NCBI GenBank assembly: GCA_964498125.1
Contig: CAZCGE010000134.1
Coordinates: 88,724-152,723 of the forward strand
DNA length: 64,000 bases
Reading direction: 5' to 3'
Source: an uncultured Devosia sp.
Lineage (GTDB): Bacteria > Pseudomonadota > Alphaproteobacteria > Rhizobiales > Hyphomicrobiaceae
Below are positions 9,505 through 18,431 of this stretch, in pieces (position 1 is the first letter of the stretch; each line of letters begins with the position of its first letter). The notes beneath the pieces are model-generated. The model worked only from the letters and a program-made list of their open reading frames with translations, did no database searches and was not told the origin of the DNA. The translations under genes were made by a program, and so were the position numbers.

Positions 9505-10131
9505 ATGTTTGATCCCTTCATGCCACTGCAACTGGCGCAGGCCGCATCCCGACTGATGCTACACAATACCGCGTCCTCAATGGCATTGTGGACGGACGCA
9601 ACCAGGCAATCGACCGCGTACTGGGCCAATGTGGCGAATACCGCGGCAAATGACCTGACGCCGGCCGCACTGCGCCGCAAGACGACGCGGTCCTGGTATC
9701 GCCACCCAGATGCGATCGCGTCGCCGTTCCCCTTTGTCGCGACGGCATGGTCACCGTTTCAACCCTTCGCCGAGCCGATGGCGGCCATGATGCGCGCGGC
9801 GCCCGCCATGCCGTTCATGTCCGCGTTCATGGGCCCAGCGACAGGCATCTTCGCCCCCCAGGTGGCGGCGCCCTTCGACCTGATGGCGCCCTGGCAGGCT
9901 TGGCTGCGCCTGTTTCCTCGCCCCTCCGGCATACCCGCATGGCCCATGGCGGCGGTGCTGATGGCCGCCGGCATGCCGCAACGCGCTGCCTGGCCCACGG
10001 CTGAGGCCAGCGCCCACGTCATCGCCGCAGCGCAGCAGACTGCCAAGGGCGTCGAGGAGATGTTCGCCAGCTACCGGTCCGAAGGCGGCCACGCGCAGGT
10101 CCTGATCGGCCGGTCCGGTCGCGTTCACTAG
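9505..10131 (+). CDS. Hypothetical protein rich in Met/Pro/Ala/Phe. The start is uncertain; an alternative ATG lies at 9409.
   Basis: A long ORF in an otherwise gene-free span with protein-like composition. I recognise no family. Confidence 0.35.
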   Translation: MFDPFMPLQLAQAASRLMLHNTASSMALWTDATRQSTAYWANVANTAANDLTPAALRRKTTRSWYRHPDAIASPFPFVATAWSPFQPFAEPMAAMMRAAPAMPFMSAFMGPATGIFAPQVAAPFDLMAPWQAWLRLFPRPSGIPAWPMAAVLMAAGMPQRAAWPTAEASAHVIAAAQQTAKGVEEMFASYRSEGGHAQVLIGRSGRVH

Positions 10132-10173
10132 AGCATTTTCCATTCGAATCGAATCAGCGGCGGGTCCGAGCCC

Positions 10174-11619
10174 CTATTTCGTCTCTTCCGGCGCGCGATG
10201 ATAGATGTCGTCGGTGCGCACGATGTCATCCTCGCCGAGATAGGAGCCGATCTGCACCTCGATGATTTCCAGTGGCACCATGCCGGGGTTCTCCAAGCGG
10301 TGCCATTGCGTCGCGACAATGTAGACGCTCTCGTTTTCGCGCACGAGCTTGTCGCTGTCGCCGACCGTGACCTTGGCGGTGCCCTGCACCACCACCCAGT
10401 GTTCCGAGCGATGGTGGTGCATCTGCAGCGACAGCTTGCCCCCCGGTTTGACGTGCAGCACCTTCACCTGGAAGCGCGGGCCGATCGACAGTGTCTCGAA
10501 GAACCCCCACGGCCGGTAGCTGCGCAGGTGCTGAGCCTGCTCCTTGCGTCCTGACGTGCGCAGCCGGGCGACGATCGTCGAGACCTCTTGCGCGCGCGAT
10601 TTGTCGGCGACCAGCAAGGCATCGGGCGTGTCGACGATGATCAGGTCCTTGACGCCAATGGTGGCGACCAGCGATTTCTCGGCGTGAATGTAACTGTTGG
10701 AGGTGTCTTCCAGGATCGCATCGCCGTGTACGGCGTTTCCGGCCGCATCGCGTGGCGCGATATCCCACAGCGACGACCAGGAGCCGACGTCATTCCAACC
10801 GACATCGATCGGCAGCATGGCGGCCGCCGCGGTCTTCTCCATGACCGCATAGTCGACGGAGATGTTGGGCGAGGCAGCGAAAGCAGCGCCGTCCAGGCGC
10901 AGGAAGCCAAGGTCGACCGTCGCACCGGCAAGTGCCGCCTGGGCCGCCGCGAGTATGGCTGGCTCGAGCTTTGCCAGCTCGTCGATGAACGTGCGCGCGT
11001 GCAATACGAAGATGCCGCTGTTCCAATAGTAGCGCCCATCGGCCAGATAGCGTTCCGCGGTGGCGCGATCAGGCTTCTCGGTGAACGCCTCGACCGCGTA
11101 GGCGCCACCTGCACCCTTTGCGAGCGGCTGGCCCTGACGGATGTATCCATAGCCGGTGAGGGGTGCATCTGGCTTGATGCCAAACAGCACCAGCCTGCCG
11201 GTGGCGGCGACCGCGCCGGCATGGCGCACCGCGTCGGCAAAGCGGCTCTGCTCGCGGATCGCGTGATCCGAGGGCATCACCGCCAGCACGCCATCGGCAT
11301 CGGTCTCGGCAACGGCTAGAGCCGCCACCGCGATCGCGGCAGCGGTATTGCGGGCGACGGGCTCCAGGATGATCTGCCTGGCGGCCACGCCGGCACGCGC
11401 CAACTCGTCCTGGACGAGGAAGCGGTGATCGTTGTTGCACAGCAGGATCGGCGGATGAAACCCGCCTTCGGCCGCCAGCCGCTGCACTGTCGTGCCGAGC
11501 AAACTCGTGGCTTGGCCATGGAAAAAACGGATGAACTGCTTCGGATACATGGCTCTGGACAGCGGCCACAGTCGCGTCCCCGAGCCGCCCGACAAAATCA
11601 CCGGGTGAATTGCGCGCAT
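10174..11619 (-). CDS. Bifunctional mannose-1-phosphate guanylyltransferase / mannose-6-phosphate isomerase (ManC/XanB/AlgA family)
   Basis: The 481 aa product has an N-terminal nucleotidyltransferase fold (MRAIHPVILSGGSGTRLWPLSR) and a C-terminal cupin (QMHHHRSEHWVVVQGTAKV). Confidence 0.9.
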   Translation of the reverse strand: MRAIHPVILSGGSGTRLWPLSRAMYPKQFIRFFHGQATSLLGTTVQRLAAEGGFHPPILLCNNDHRFLVQDELARAGVAARQIILEPVARNTAAAIAVAALAVAETDADGVLAVMPSDHAIREQSRFADAVRHAGAVAATGRLVLFGIKPDAPLTGYGYIRQGQPLAKGAGGAYAVEAFTEKPDRATAERYLADGRYYWNSGIFVLHARTFIDELAKLEPAILAAAQAALAGATVDLGFLRLDGAAFAASPNISVDYAVMEKTAAAAMLPIDVGWNDVGSWSSLWDIAPRDAAGNAVHGDAILEDTSNSYIHAEKSLVATIGVKDLIIVDTPDALLVADKSRAQEVSTIVARLRTSGRKEQAQHLRSYRPWGFFETLSIGPRFQVKVLHVKPGGKLSLQMHHHRSEHWVVVQGTAKVTVGDSDKLVRENESVYIVATQWHRLENPGMVPLEIIEVQIGSYLGEDDIVRTDDIYHRAPEETK

Positions 11620-11805
11620 CTTGCCTCGTCAGCCAGCCGCCTCGCCATGCCGAGATCCAGTCCCGCACAGCGCTCACGTTTTCGCCGACACCATCACGCG
11701 AGATCAGGTCGAACACAAGACCCGTTAAGGACAGGCTGGCCGCCAAATCTGTCCGCTGCCAACCGGGCATCGACAGCGGCGACATCGCGCAATCCACAAT
11801 AATGG

Positions 11806-13776
11806 CTAGCGATTGGTCAGGCGCTCGCGCAGTGAGCGGAACGCACTGGCGTTCTGCGCCGCGGTGGCAGCGTCGGTCACCGGCACGTGGGCGGGCTCTG
11901 GGCGCGCGGGGACCGGCTTGCGCTGGCCTGTTTGAGCGGGCGACACAATCGGGCGAAGCTGACCATCCGCGGGCCGCCGCGCTGCGCCGGCTGCGGCGAT
12001 ATGCTGGTGCTCCAGCCCCGAGCCGTTGTCCTCCCCGCCTTGCGCCTCCAGATCGCTTGCGCCCTGAATCCCCATCGCTTCCGCGAACATGGCGAGGTTC
12101 TGGTGCTCATGGTTGCCGGCACCCGACGAGCGCCAGCGATCCACGACGGCCTCGAGCAGGCTTTCGTTGCCGACAGAATGCTGCCACTTCTCCGAGAACC
12201 GCGCCGTCGACGACCGCGGTAGGGCCGATTGGGGCAACTCGTCGAACTTGATGCGCACGGGCAGCGCCACGCCGTCACCAAAGGCAATGGCCTCGCGCTG
12301 GCCAAGCGCCCCGAGAAACTCCAGCAGTCCCGAGCCGGTGTCCGACACCGCCGAGGTGACAATCGCCTGGTCGCGATCATTCGACATGCGCAGCGCAAAC
12401 ACCGTATTGCACTGCGACAGGATGGTCGGATCAATCTCGGCGGGACGCTGGGTGACGATGCACAGCGAGGCGCCGTACTTGCGGCCCTCCTTGGCAATCT
12501 TGGCGATGGCGCGCTTGCATGGCTCGAAGCCCAGGTTGGAATTGAGCGGCACGTAGCGATGCGCTTCCTCGCAGATGATCGTCACCGGCACCTGGCCCTC
12601 CGACCACAGTGCGAAATCGAACGTCAGCCGGCAGATGACCGACACGACGACGCTGACGATCTCGGTGGGCAGGCCCGTCAACTCGAGGATGGTGATCGGC
12701 TTGTTGTTGACCGGCACGCGGAAGATGCGACCGAGCACCTGCGCCATGCCGTCATAGACGGTGAGCGAACCGAACATGAAGGCGTAACGGCCGTCCTGGG
12801 TGACGCTATCGATGGCGGACTTGAGGGCGCGATAGGGCTGCAGGTCCCGCTTGTTCTCGAGCCGGCCCATCCGCTCGTCGATCACCGCGGTGAGGTCGGA
12901 GATGCGATAGGGAACCGGTGTGTCGACGGTGAAGCGGCCGTTATCGAGGGGACCACGGCGCACATGCTGTTTGTCATTCTGGCGCCCGGCGCTGTAGCGG
13001 CCCTTGGCTATGGGAATCAGTTCCTGCAACAGCTCGATTTCGGCCTTGCGCGAGGTGTCACCAACCAGCACCTCGACGATCTCCTCGAAGTTGAGGAGCC
13101 AGTAAGGCAGATGCATGTTGCGGGGGCTGATCACCTCGGCCTGATCGCCGAATGCGGTCGCATATTCGTTGTGCGGATCGAGCAAGACCATGTGCGCGGC
13201 CGGATTCTTGCTCAGAATGGCCCGCAGGATCAGCGCGGTGGTGCAGGACTTGCCGGTGCCTGTCGTGCCGAGAATGGCAAAATGCTTGCCGAGCAGCTCA
13301 TCGATCCGGATCATGGCCGGGATCGAAGCATCCTGCTTGATCGTGCCAACGCGCACGGAGGACTTGGCATCGCCATGGAAGGCGCGCTGCAGCTCGGGTT
13401 TGGTGGCGACGCGCACGCGATCGCCCAGGCCGGGATAAATCGTGACGCCACGATTGAAGGCCTCCGGACGCGTATCCAACTGCTTCCAGATCTCGCCGAC
13501 CAGGCCAAGCTCCGCAATCCAGATCTCGGACTCCTTGTCGCCCTGTGAGGGGACGGGTACGGATAGGCCGGTCACGATGGCCAACACGATGGTGGTGTCG
13601 GTATCGATCGCCAACAGCGTGCCCATCTCTGGGCGCGGCAGGGCCTGCCGCGATCGCCCATCAATCACCGCATCGAGCAACACGATGGCCTTGGAACCGG
13701 TAACAGCGACGATTCGGCCAATCGAGCTGTCTGGGATCGTCAGTCCGTCATCACCGGAAAGGATTGCCGACTGCAT
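11806..13776 (-). CDS. HerA-like / DUF87 P-loop ATPase with a predicted N-terminal HAS-barrel
   Basis: Walker A is ILGTTGTGKSCTTALILRAIL. A hhhhDE box follows (TIICEEAHRYVP). The N-terminus is barrel-like (IGRIVAVTGSKAIVLLD). The start was chosen at the ATG at 13776 (M55 of the six-frame ORF) to avoid overlapping the upstream kinase gene. Confidence 0.7.
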   Translation of the reverse strand: MQSAILSGDDGLTIPDSSIGRIVAVTGSKAIVLLDAVIDGRSRQALPRPEMGTLLAIDTDTTIVLAIVTGLSVPVPSQGDKESEIWIAELGLVGEIWKQLDTRPEAFNRGVTIYPGLGDRVRVATKPELQRAFHGDAKSSVRVGTIKQDASIPAMIRIDELLGKHFAILGTTGTGKSCTTALILRAILSKNPAAHMVLLDPHNEYATAFGDQAEVISPRNMHLPYWLLNFEEIVEVLVGDTSRKAEIELLQELIPIAKGRYSAGRQNDKQHVRRGPLDNGRFTVDTPVPYRISDLTAVIDERMGRLENKRDLQPYRALKSAIDSVTQDGRYAFMFGSLTVYDGMAQVLGRIFRVPVNNKPITILELTGLPTEIVSVVVSVICRLTFDFALWSEGQVPVTIICEEAHRYVPLNSNLGFEPCKRAIAKIAKEGRKYGASLCIVTQRPAEIDPTILSQCNTVFALRMSNDRDQAIVTSAVSDTGSGLLEFLGALGQREAIAFGDGVALPVRIKFDELPQSALPRSSTARFSEKWQHSVGNESLLEAVVDRWRSSGAGNHEHQNLAMFAEAMGIQGASDLEAQGGEDNGSGLEHQHIAAAGAARRPADGQLRPIVSPAQTGQRKPVPARPEPAHVPVTDAATAAQNASAFRSLRERLTNR

Positions 13777-13810
13777 GTGCTTCAGGTCCCTTGCTACCGA
13801 GATTTTCGCA

Positions 13811-14707
13811 TCAAAACGTAGAGCCTTGCCCAAATACGGCGTCGCGACCCTCGTGAATGTTGACGAGATGGCGCGGCGGCAATGACACGATGACTGTGGT
13901 GCCCTCGTCCTTGACGCTGCGGATCTCGATCTGACCACCGTGCAGTTCGATCAGTGCCTTGGCGATCGGCAGGCCGAGGCCGGCACCCTCGCGCCAGCGT
14001 GCGCGGCCGCCATCGACCTGTCCGAACGGCGTCAGGGCGATTTTCAACTCTTCTTCGGTCATGCCGACGCCGGCATCATGAATCTGCACGTAAACGCCGC
14101 CTTCCTCGGTCCGCGTCGCCCGCACGGCGACGGCTCCACCGGCGCGCGAGAACTTGATGGCATTGCCAAACAGATTGGTGAAAATCTGCCGCAATTTTAC
14201 CGGGTCGCCGCGGATCGGGCCAAGCGCCGGCGCAATTTCCTTGTCCAAAGTGACATGGGCCTCGTTGGCCTGCTGCTGCAGCGATGCCAGGCAGGACAGC
14301 AGGACTTCGCTGAGCGCCACCTCCCGGCTGTCCAGCGTGTAGCGGCCGCTCTGAATCTTGGAAATGTCGAGGACGTCGTTGATGACCGACAGCAGGTGGC
14401 TTGCGGCGTCGTTCACGAGATTGGCGTACTCGACAATCTCATTATCTGGCAGGTGGCGCCGATCCTGCTCCATCAGGAGCTTGGAAAACCCGATGACGGT
14501 ATTCAACGGCGTCCTGAGTTCATGACTCATGTTCGAGATGAACTCGGACTTGACCTTGCTGGCAAGCTCGGCCTCGATGCGGGCGGCATGCTCGGCCTTG
14601 CGTGTGCGGTTGCGCAGCACAGCATCGGCAAGCAACGTCGAGTACTCGCCCATGAGCGAGTTGCTGTTGCCCTTTGCAGCTTTGGCATGGAACATTGCGA
14701 CACGCAT
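13811..14707 (-). CDS. Soluble sensor histidine kinase (HisKA plus HATPase_c, no transmembrane or obvious sensor domain)
   Basis: The 298 aa product contains the H-box SHELRTPLNTVIGFSKLL, an N-box NLFGNAIKFS and G-boxes DAGVGM and GLGLPIAKALIELHGG. It sits 35 bp upstream of the HerA-like ATPase on the same strand. Confidence 0.85.
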   Translation of the reverse strand: MRVAMFHAKAAKGNSNSLMGEYSTLLADAVLRNRTRKAEHAARIEAELASKVKSEFISNMSHELRTPLNTVIGFSKLLMEQDRRHLPDNEIVEYANLVNDAASHLLSVINDVLDISKIQSGRYTLDSREVALSEVLLSCLASLQQQANEAHVTLDKEIAPALGPIRGDPVKLRQIFTNLFGNAIKFSRAGGAVAVRATRTEEGGVYVQIHDAGVGMTEEELKIALTPFGQVDGGRARWREGAGLGLPIAKALIELHGGQIEIRSVKDEGTTVIVSLPPRHLVNIHEGRDAVFGQGSTF

Positions 14708-14893
14708 CTTCCCGCTACAGATAGATCAAATGTAGGTATCATTTAATAAGGTCCGGTTAAGAGGGGGAGGGCGGCGCCGCAACCCTTGGCCAGAACCTTG
14801 GAAAAGAAGGCTCTGGTGCTGCAACTCGGGCTTCCGGCCACAGCGCTGGGGACCGCTCGCCATGCGATCTGGTACCCCTTCCCGACCTCAGCC

Positions 14894-14920
14894 TTGTCGG
14901 CCCAGCATTGTCGGCCCAGC
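14894..14920. promoter_or_regulatory. Tandem direct repeat TTGTCGGCCCAGC x2 in the promoter region of the maleylacetate reductase operon
   Basis: Two exact 13-mers lie one base apart at 14894-14906 and 14908-14920, about 95 bp upstream of the ATG at 15012. Confidence 0.3.
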
Positions 14921-15011
14921 CTTGCCGGGTTGTGTCTCGACCCAGCCTGCCTGTACGATTGGGATCGCACCGGCGGGTGGGCAAGACCAACCCGTCCGGC
15001 AGGAGGAGCCG

Positions 15012-16079
15012 ATGGTCGAACGTTTCATCTACAATGGCTTGCCATCTCGCGTCATTTTTGGCTCTGGAACGCTGGCCGAGCTGCCGGCCGAGGTCGACCG
15101 GCTCGGCGCCAGGCGAGCGCTCATCCTGACAACGCCGACGCGCACGGGGTGGGGGAACGCGATTGCGACCAGACTTGGCAACCGCGCGGCGGGCGTATTC
15201 TCAGGCGCCGTCATGCACACGCCGTTCGATGTGACCGACAAGGCCATGCAGGTCGTCAAGGACACCCGAGCCGATTGCGTCATTGCCATGGGCGGCGGTT
15301 CGACCATTGGATTGGCCAAGGCCATCGCCTTGAGGACTAGCCTGCCGCAAGTCGCCGTTCCAACGACCTACGCCGGATCGGAAATGACGCCGATCCTGGG
15401 TGAAACGCGGGACGGCGTGAAATCCACCCAGCGCAGTCTCGAGGTTCTGCCCGAGACCGTGATCTATGACGTTGACTTGACGCTGACCATGCCGCCGCAG
15501 TTGTCGGGCATCAGCGGCATCAATGCCATCGCCCACGCGGTCGAGGCCCTATACGCCCAGGACCGCAACCCAATCATCGGTATCATGGCCGAGGAGTCGA
15601 TTTCCGCCTTGGGCCGGGCACTGCCGCGCATCGTCGAGAACCCGAAGGATGCGACGGCGCGTGGCGATGCGCTTTATGGTGCCTGGCTCGCGGGCACCTG
15701 CCTGGGCGTTGTCGGCATGGCGCTGCACCACAAGCTCTGCCATACCCTCGGCGGCACGTTCAACCTGCCGCATGCGGAGACCCATACGATCATGCTGCCG
15801 CATGCCACGGCCTATAATGCGCCTGCCACGCCCGACGCCATGGCCCGCATTGCGCGTGCCCTTGGCGCCAAGGATGCCGCGCCCGGTCTCTATGGGTTGG
15901 CGCAAAAGGTCGGTGCCAAGCTCGCCCTGCGTGACCTCGGCATGCCGGAAGGCGGCATTGACAAGGCGGCCACCTTGCGACCCAAAACCCCTATTGGAAT
16001 CCGCGCCCAATCGAGCGTGGCGCCATTCGTGACCTCATCGCCCGCGCCTGGGCAGGAGAGCCACCGCAGTCGACATGAC
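15012..16079 (+). pseudogene. Maleylacetate reductase (iron-containing alcohol dehydrogenase family) with an apparent -1 frameshift near 15975. This is either a real pseudogene or a single-base sequencing error.
   Basis: The N-terminal ~320 aa (MVERFIYNGLPSRVIFG...GGGSTIGLAKA...HHKLCHTLGG) are in one frame. After ...LGMPEGGIDKAA the conserved C-terminus NPYWNPRPIERGAIRDLIARAWAGEPP* continues in another frame, ending at 16079. The original frame instead gives a low-complexity S/P/R tail that runs into the next gene. Confidence 0.55.
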
Positions 16080-16111
16080 ATCACAGGACCCAACACAACG
16101 AGGAGCCAGCA

Positions 16112-17473
16112 ATGGCCAAAACGCTGATCAAGAACGCCATGATTGTCACGATGGACCGCCAGCTCGGTGATTTACTGCCGGGCGACATCCTGATCGACGG
16201 CGGCAAGATTGCAGCCATTGGCCGCAATCTGGATGCAGGCGGCGCCGAGATCATCGACGGCAGCAACCGCATCATCGCGCCGGGCTTCATCAACGCCCAC
16301 ATGCACACCTGGCAAGCGGCGCTGAAGGCGGTGGCCGCCAACTGGACCCTGCTCGAGTACTTCAAATGGATCCACGCCGGCCTCGCCACCCAGTTCCGGC
16401 CTGACGATATCGGCATCGCCAACCTGTTCGGCGCGCTGACCCAGATCAATGCCGGCACCACCACGCTGGTCGACTGGTGCCACAACAACCCGTCGCCCGA
16501 GCACACTGACGCCGCCATCGCCGGCCTGTTCGACTCTGGCATCCGCGCGGTCTTCCTGCACGGCTCGCCCAAGCCCGACCCCAAACCCGGCCAACCGCAT
16601 TTCTCAGAGGTCAACCACCCCCGCCACGAGATCGAGCGGCTGATGAAGGGCCGCCTAGCCAGCCGCGATCAACTCGTGACGCTCGGGCTCGCCATCCTCG
16701 GGCCGCACTATTCCACGCTCGACGTCTCGCGCCACGACTTCAAGCTGGCGCAGGAGCTCGGCCTGGTCGCCTCGATGCACCAGGCCGGCCCGATGCCGAA
16801 GACGCCCGGCGGCTGGGACATCCTGGAGAAGGACGGCCTGATCGGCCCCTATCTCAACATCGTACACGCCACCGACTTCGATGATCGGCGCTTGAAGCGG
16901 TTCATCGACAAGGGCGTGTCGTTCTCGGTGACGCCGGAGAGCGAGTGCTGCCATGGCCACGGCTGGCCGATCACCGGCCGCCTGCTCGCCCAGGGCGGCA
17001 ACCCGACGCTCGGCAACGACATCGAGACGCTGACCTCTGCTGACATGACGTCATCGATCCGCGTCGCGCTCGGCATCCAGCGCGCGCTCGACAACTCGGC
17101 CTCGCGCGAGCGCACGCAGTCCATCCCGGCGACCAGCACGGTGACGACGCGGCAGGCCTTGTCCTGGATCACCACGGAGCCGGCCAAGGCACTCGGCCTC
17201 GACAGCAAGATCGGCTCACTGACGCCCGGCAAGCAGGCCGACCTCGTCATGGTGCGCGCCGACGACCTCAACATCTGGCCGGCGCACGAGCCGGTGTCCT
17301 CGCTGGTCATGCAGACGAGCTTCGGCAACATCGACTCCGTGATGATCGCAGGACAGTGGAAGAAGCGCGGCGGCAAGCTGACGTACGGCGACATCGACCG
17401 CGCCAAGTCGCGGCTCAAGGCGTCCGGCGATCGCATCCTCGAGGCCATTGGCTACAAGAGGGGAACAGCATGA
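16112..17473 (+). CDS. Amidohydrolase-superfamily protein (chlorohydrolase / aminohydrolase, SsnA/AtzA/TrzA-like)
   Basis: The 453 aa product has the metal-binding HxH (FINAHMHTWQ) and a typical TIM-barrel amidohydrolase layout (...DSVMIAGQWKKRGGKL). Confidence 0.85.
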   Translation: MAKTLIKNAMIVTMDRQLGDLLPGDILIDGGKIAAIGRNLDAGGAEIIDGSNRIIAPGFINAHMHTWQAALKAVAANWTLLEYFKWIHAGLATQFRPDDIGIANLFGALTQINAGTTTLVDWCHNNPSPEHTDAAIAGLFDSGIRAVFLHGSPKPDPKPGQPHFSEVNHPRHEIERLMKGRLASRDQLVTLGLAILGPHYSTLDVSRHDFKLAQELGLVASMHQAGPMPKTPGGWDILEKDGLIGPYLNIVHATDFDDRRLKRFIDKGVSFSVTPESECCHGHGWPITGRLLAQGGNPTLGNDIETLTSADMTSSIRVALGIQRALDNSASRERTQSIPATSTVTTRQALSWITTEPAKALGLDSKIGSLTPGKQADLVMVRADDLNIWPAHEPVSSLVMQTSFGNIDSVMIAGQWKKRGGKLTYGDIDRAKSRLKASGDRILEAIGYKRGTA

Positions 17474-18372
17474 CGGTCAAAGACTTTGGCAGGATTACCT
17501 GGATCGGCACCGGCAAGCTTGGCTTGCCGATGGCCGCCCGCATTGCCGCGGCGGGCTATGATATTGTCGCCTATGACGTCAGCGCGGAGCGCCTCACCGA
17601 GGCCAGGAAGCGCAAGCTGGCGACGGCGAATTTTGTCGCCGACGCGGTGAAGGGGGCGAAAGCGGTGTTCACGTCGCTGCCCGACGACACCGTCATGCTG
17701 GCGGCCGTTGCTGAACCCGGTGGCATCCTCGCCGTCATGCCGGCCGATGCCATCCTGGTCGAAACATCCACTGTCTCGCCGGAGGCCTCCGCCAAGGTCG
17801 CCGAGGCCGCGGCCGCCAGGAAAATCGCCTACGTGCGCTCGCCCGTCTCCGGCAATCCGGTATCGGTCGAGGCCGGCATCGCCAGCGTGCTGTGCTCGGG
17901 GCCAGAAGTTGCCTTCAAGGCCGTGCAGCCCACGCTCGCCGCCTTCTCGAAATCGCAGAAGTGGCTCGGGACCGCGGAGCAGGCACGCTATGCCAAGCTC
18001 GCCATCAACCAGATGGTGGCGGTGACCTCCGGCGTGATCGCCGAAGCCGTTGTCATGGCAGAGAAGGGCGGCATCTCGAGGAAAGACATTCTCGAGGTGC
18101 TGTGCAACTCCGTGATGGGCTCGCCGTTCATGCAGTACAAGGCGCCGCCGCTGGAGAAGGGCGACTACACGCCGACCTTCACCTGCAAGCAGATGATCAA
18201 GGACATCGACCTGATCCTCGGCGCCTGCCAGTCGACCGGCGTGCCGGCGCCGCTCACCGCGCTGATGCGCCAGACCTATTCGGCACTCATCAGCCGCGGC
18301 CATGCGGGAGAGGACTTCATCGCCACCGTCAAGCTGACAGAGGAGTTGGCGGGGGTTGGAAAAAAATCGTAG
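17470..18372 (+). CDS. NAD(P)-dependent oxidoreductase, 3-hydroxyisobutyrate dehydrogenase / 2-hydroxy-3-oxopropionate reductase family
   Basis: The ATG at 17470 overlaps the stop of the upstream gene. The product has a Rossmann motif (WIGTGKLGLPMAARIAAAGYDIVAYD) and a 6PGDH-like C-terminal domain. Confidence 0.85.
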   Translation: MTVKDFGRITWIGTGKLGLPMAARIAAAGYDIVAYDVSAERLTEARKRKLATANFVADAVKGAKAVFTSLPDDTVMLAAVAEPGGILAVMPADAILVETSTVSPEASAKVAEAAAARKIAYVRSPVSGNPVSVEAGIASVLCSGPEVAFKAVQPTLAAFSKSQKWLGTAEQARYAKLAINQMVAVTSGVIAEAVVMAEKGGISRKDILEVLCNSVMGSPFMQYKAPPLEKGDYTPTFTCKQMIKDIDLILGACQSTGVPAPLTALMRQTYSALISRGHAGEDFIATVKLTEELAGVGKKS

Positions 18373-18378
18373 GCGGCA

Positions 18379-18405
18379 GGGGTCAGACCCGCAGGGTCTG
18401 ACCCC
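18379..18405. repeat. REP-like perfect palindrome GGGGTCAGACCC-GCA-GGGTCTGACCCC between two operon genes
   Basis: Perfect 12-bp arms. Related copies of GGGGTCAGACCC occur at 63028-63053 and 35493-35544. Confidence 0.7.
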
Positions 18406-18431
18406 ACACGTTGAGAAAAGAGGAAACACTC

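Noticed and set aside
12229-13548. 439 aa plus-strand ORF
   Set aside because: Antisense to the HerA-like ATPase. Low-complexity R/G/A/D-rich.
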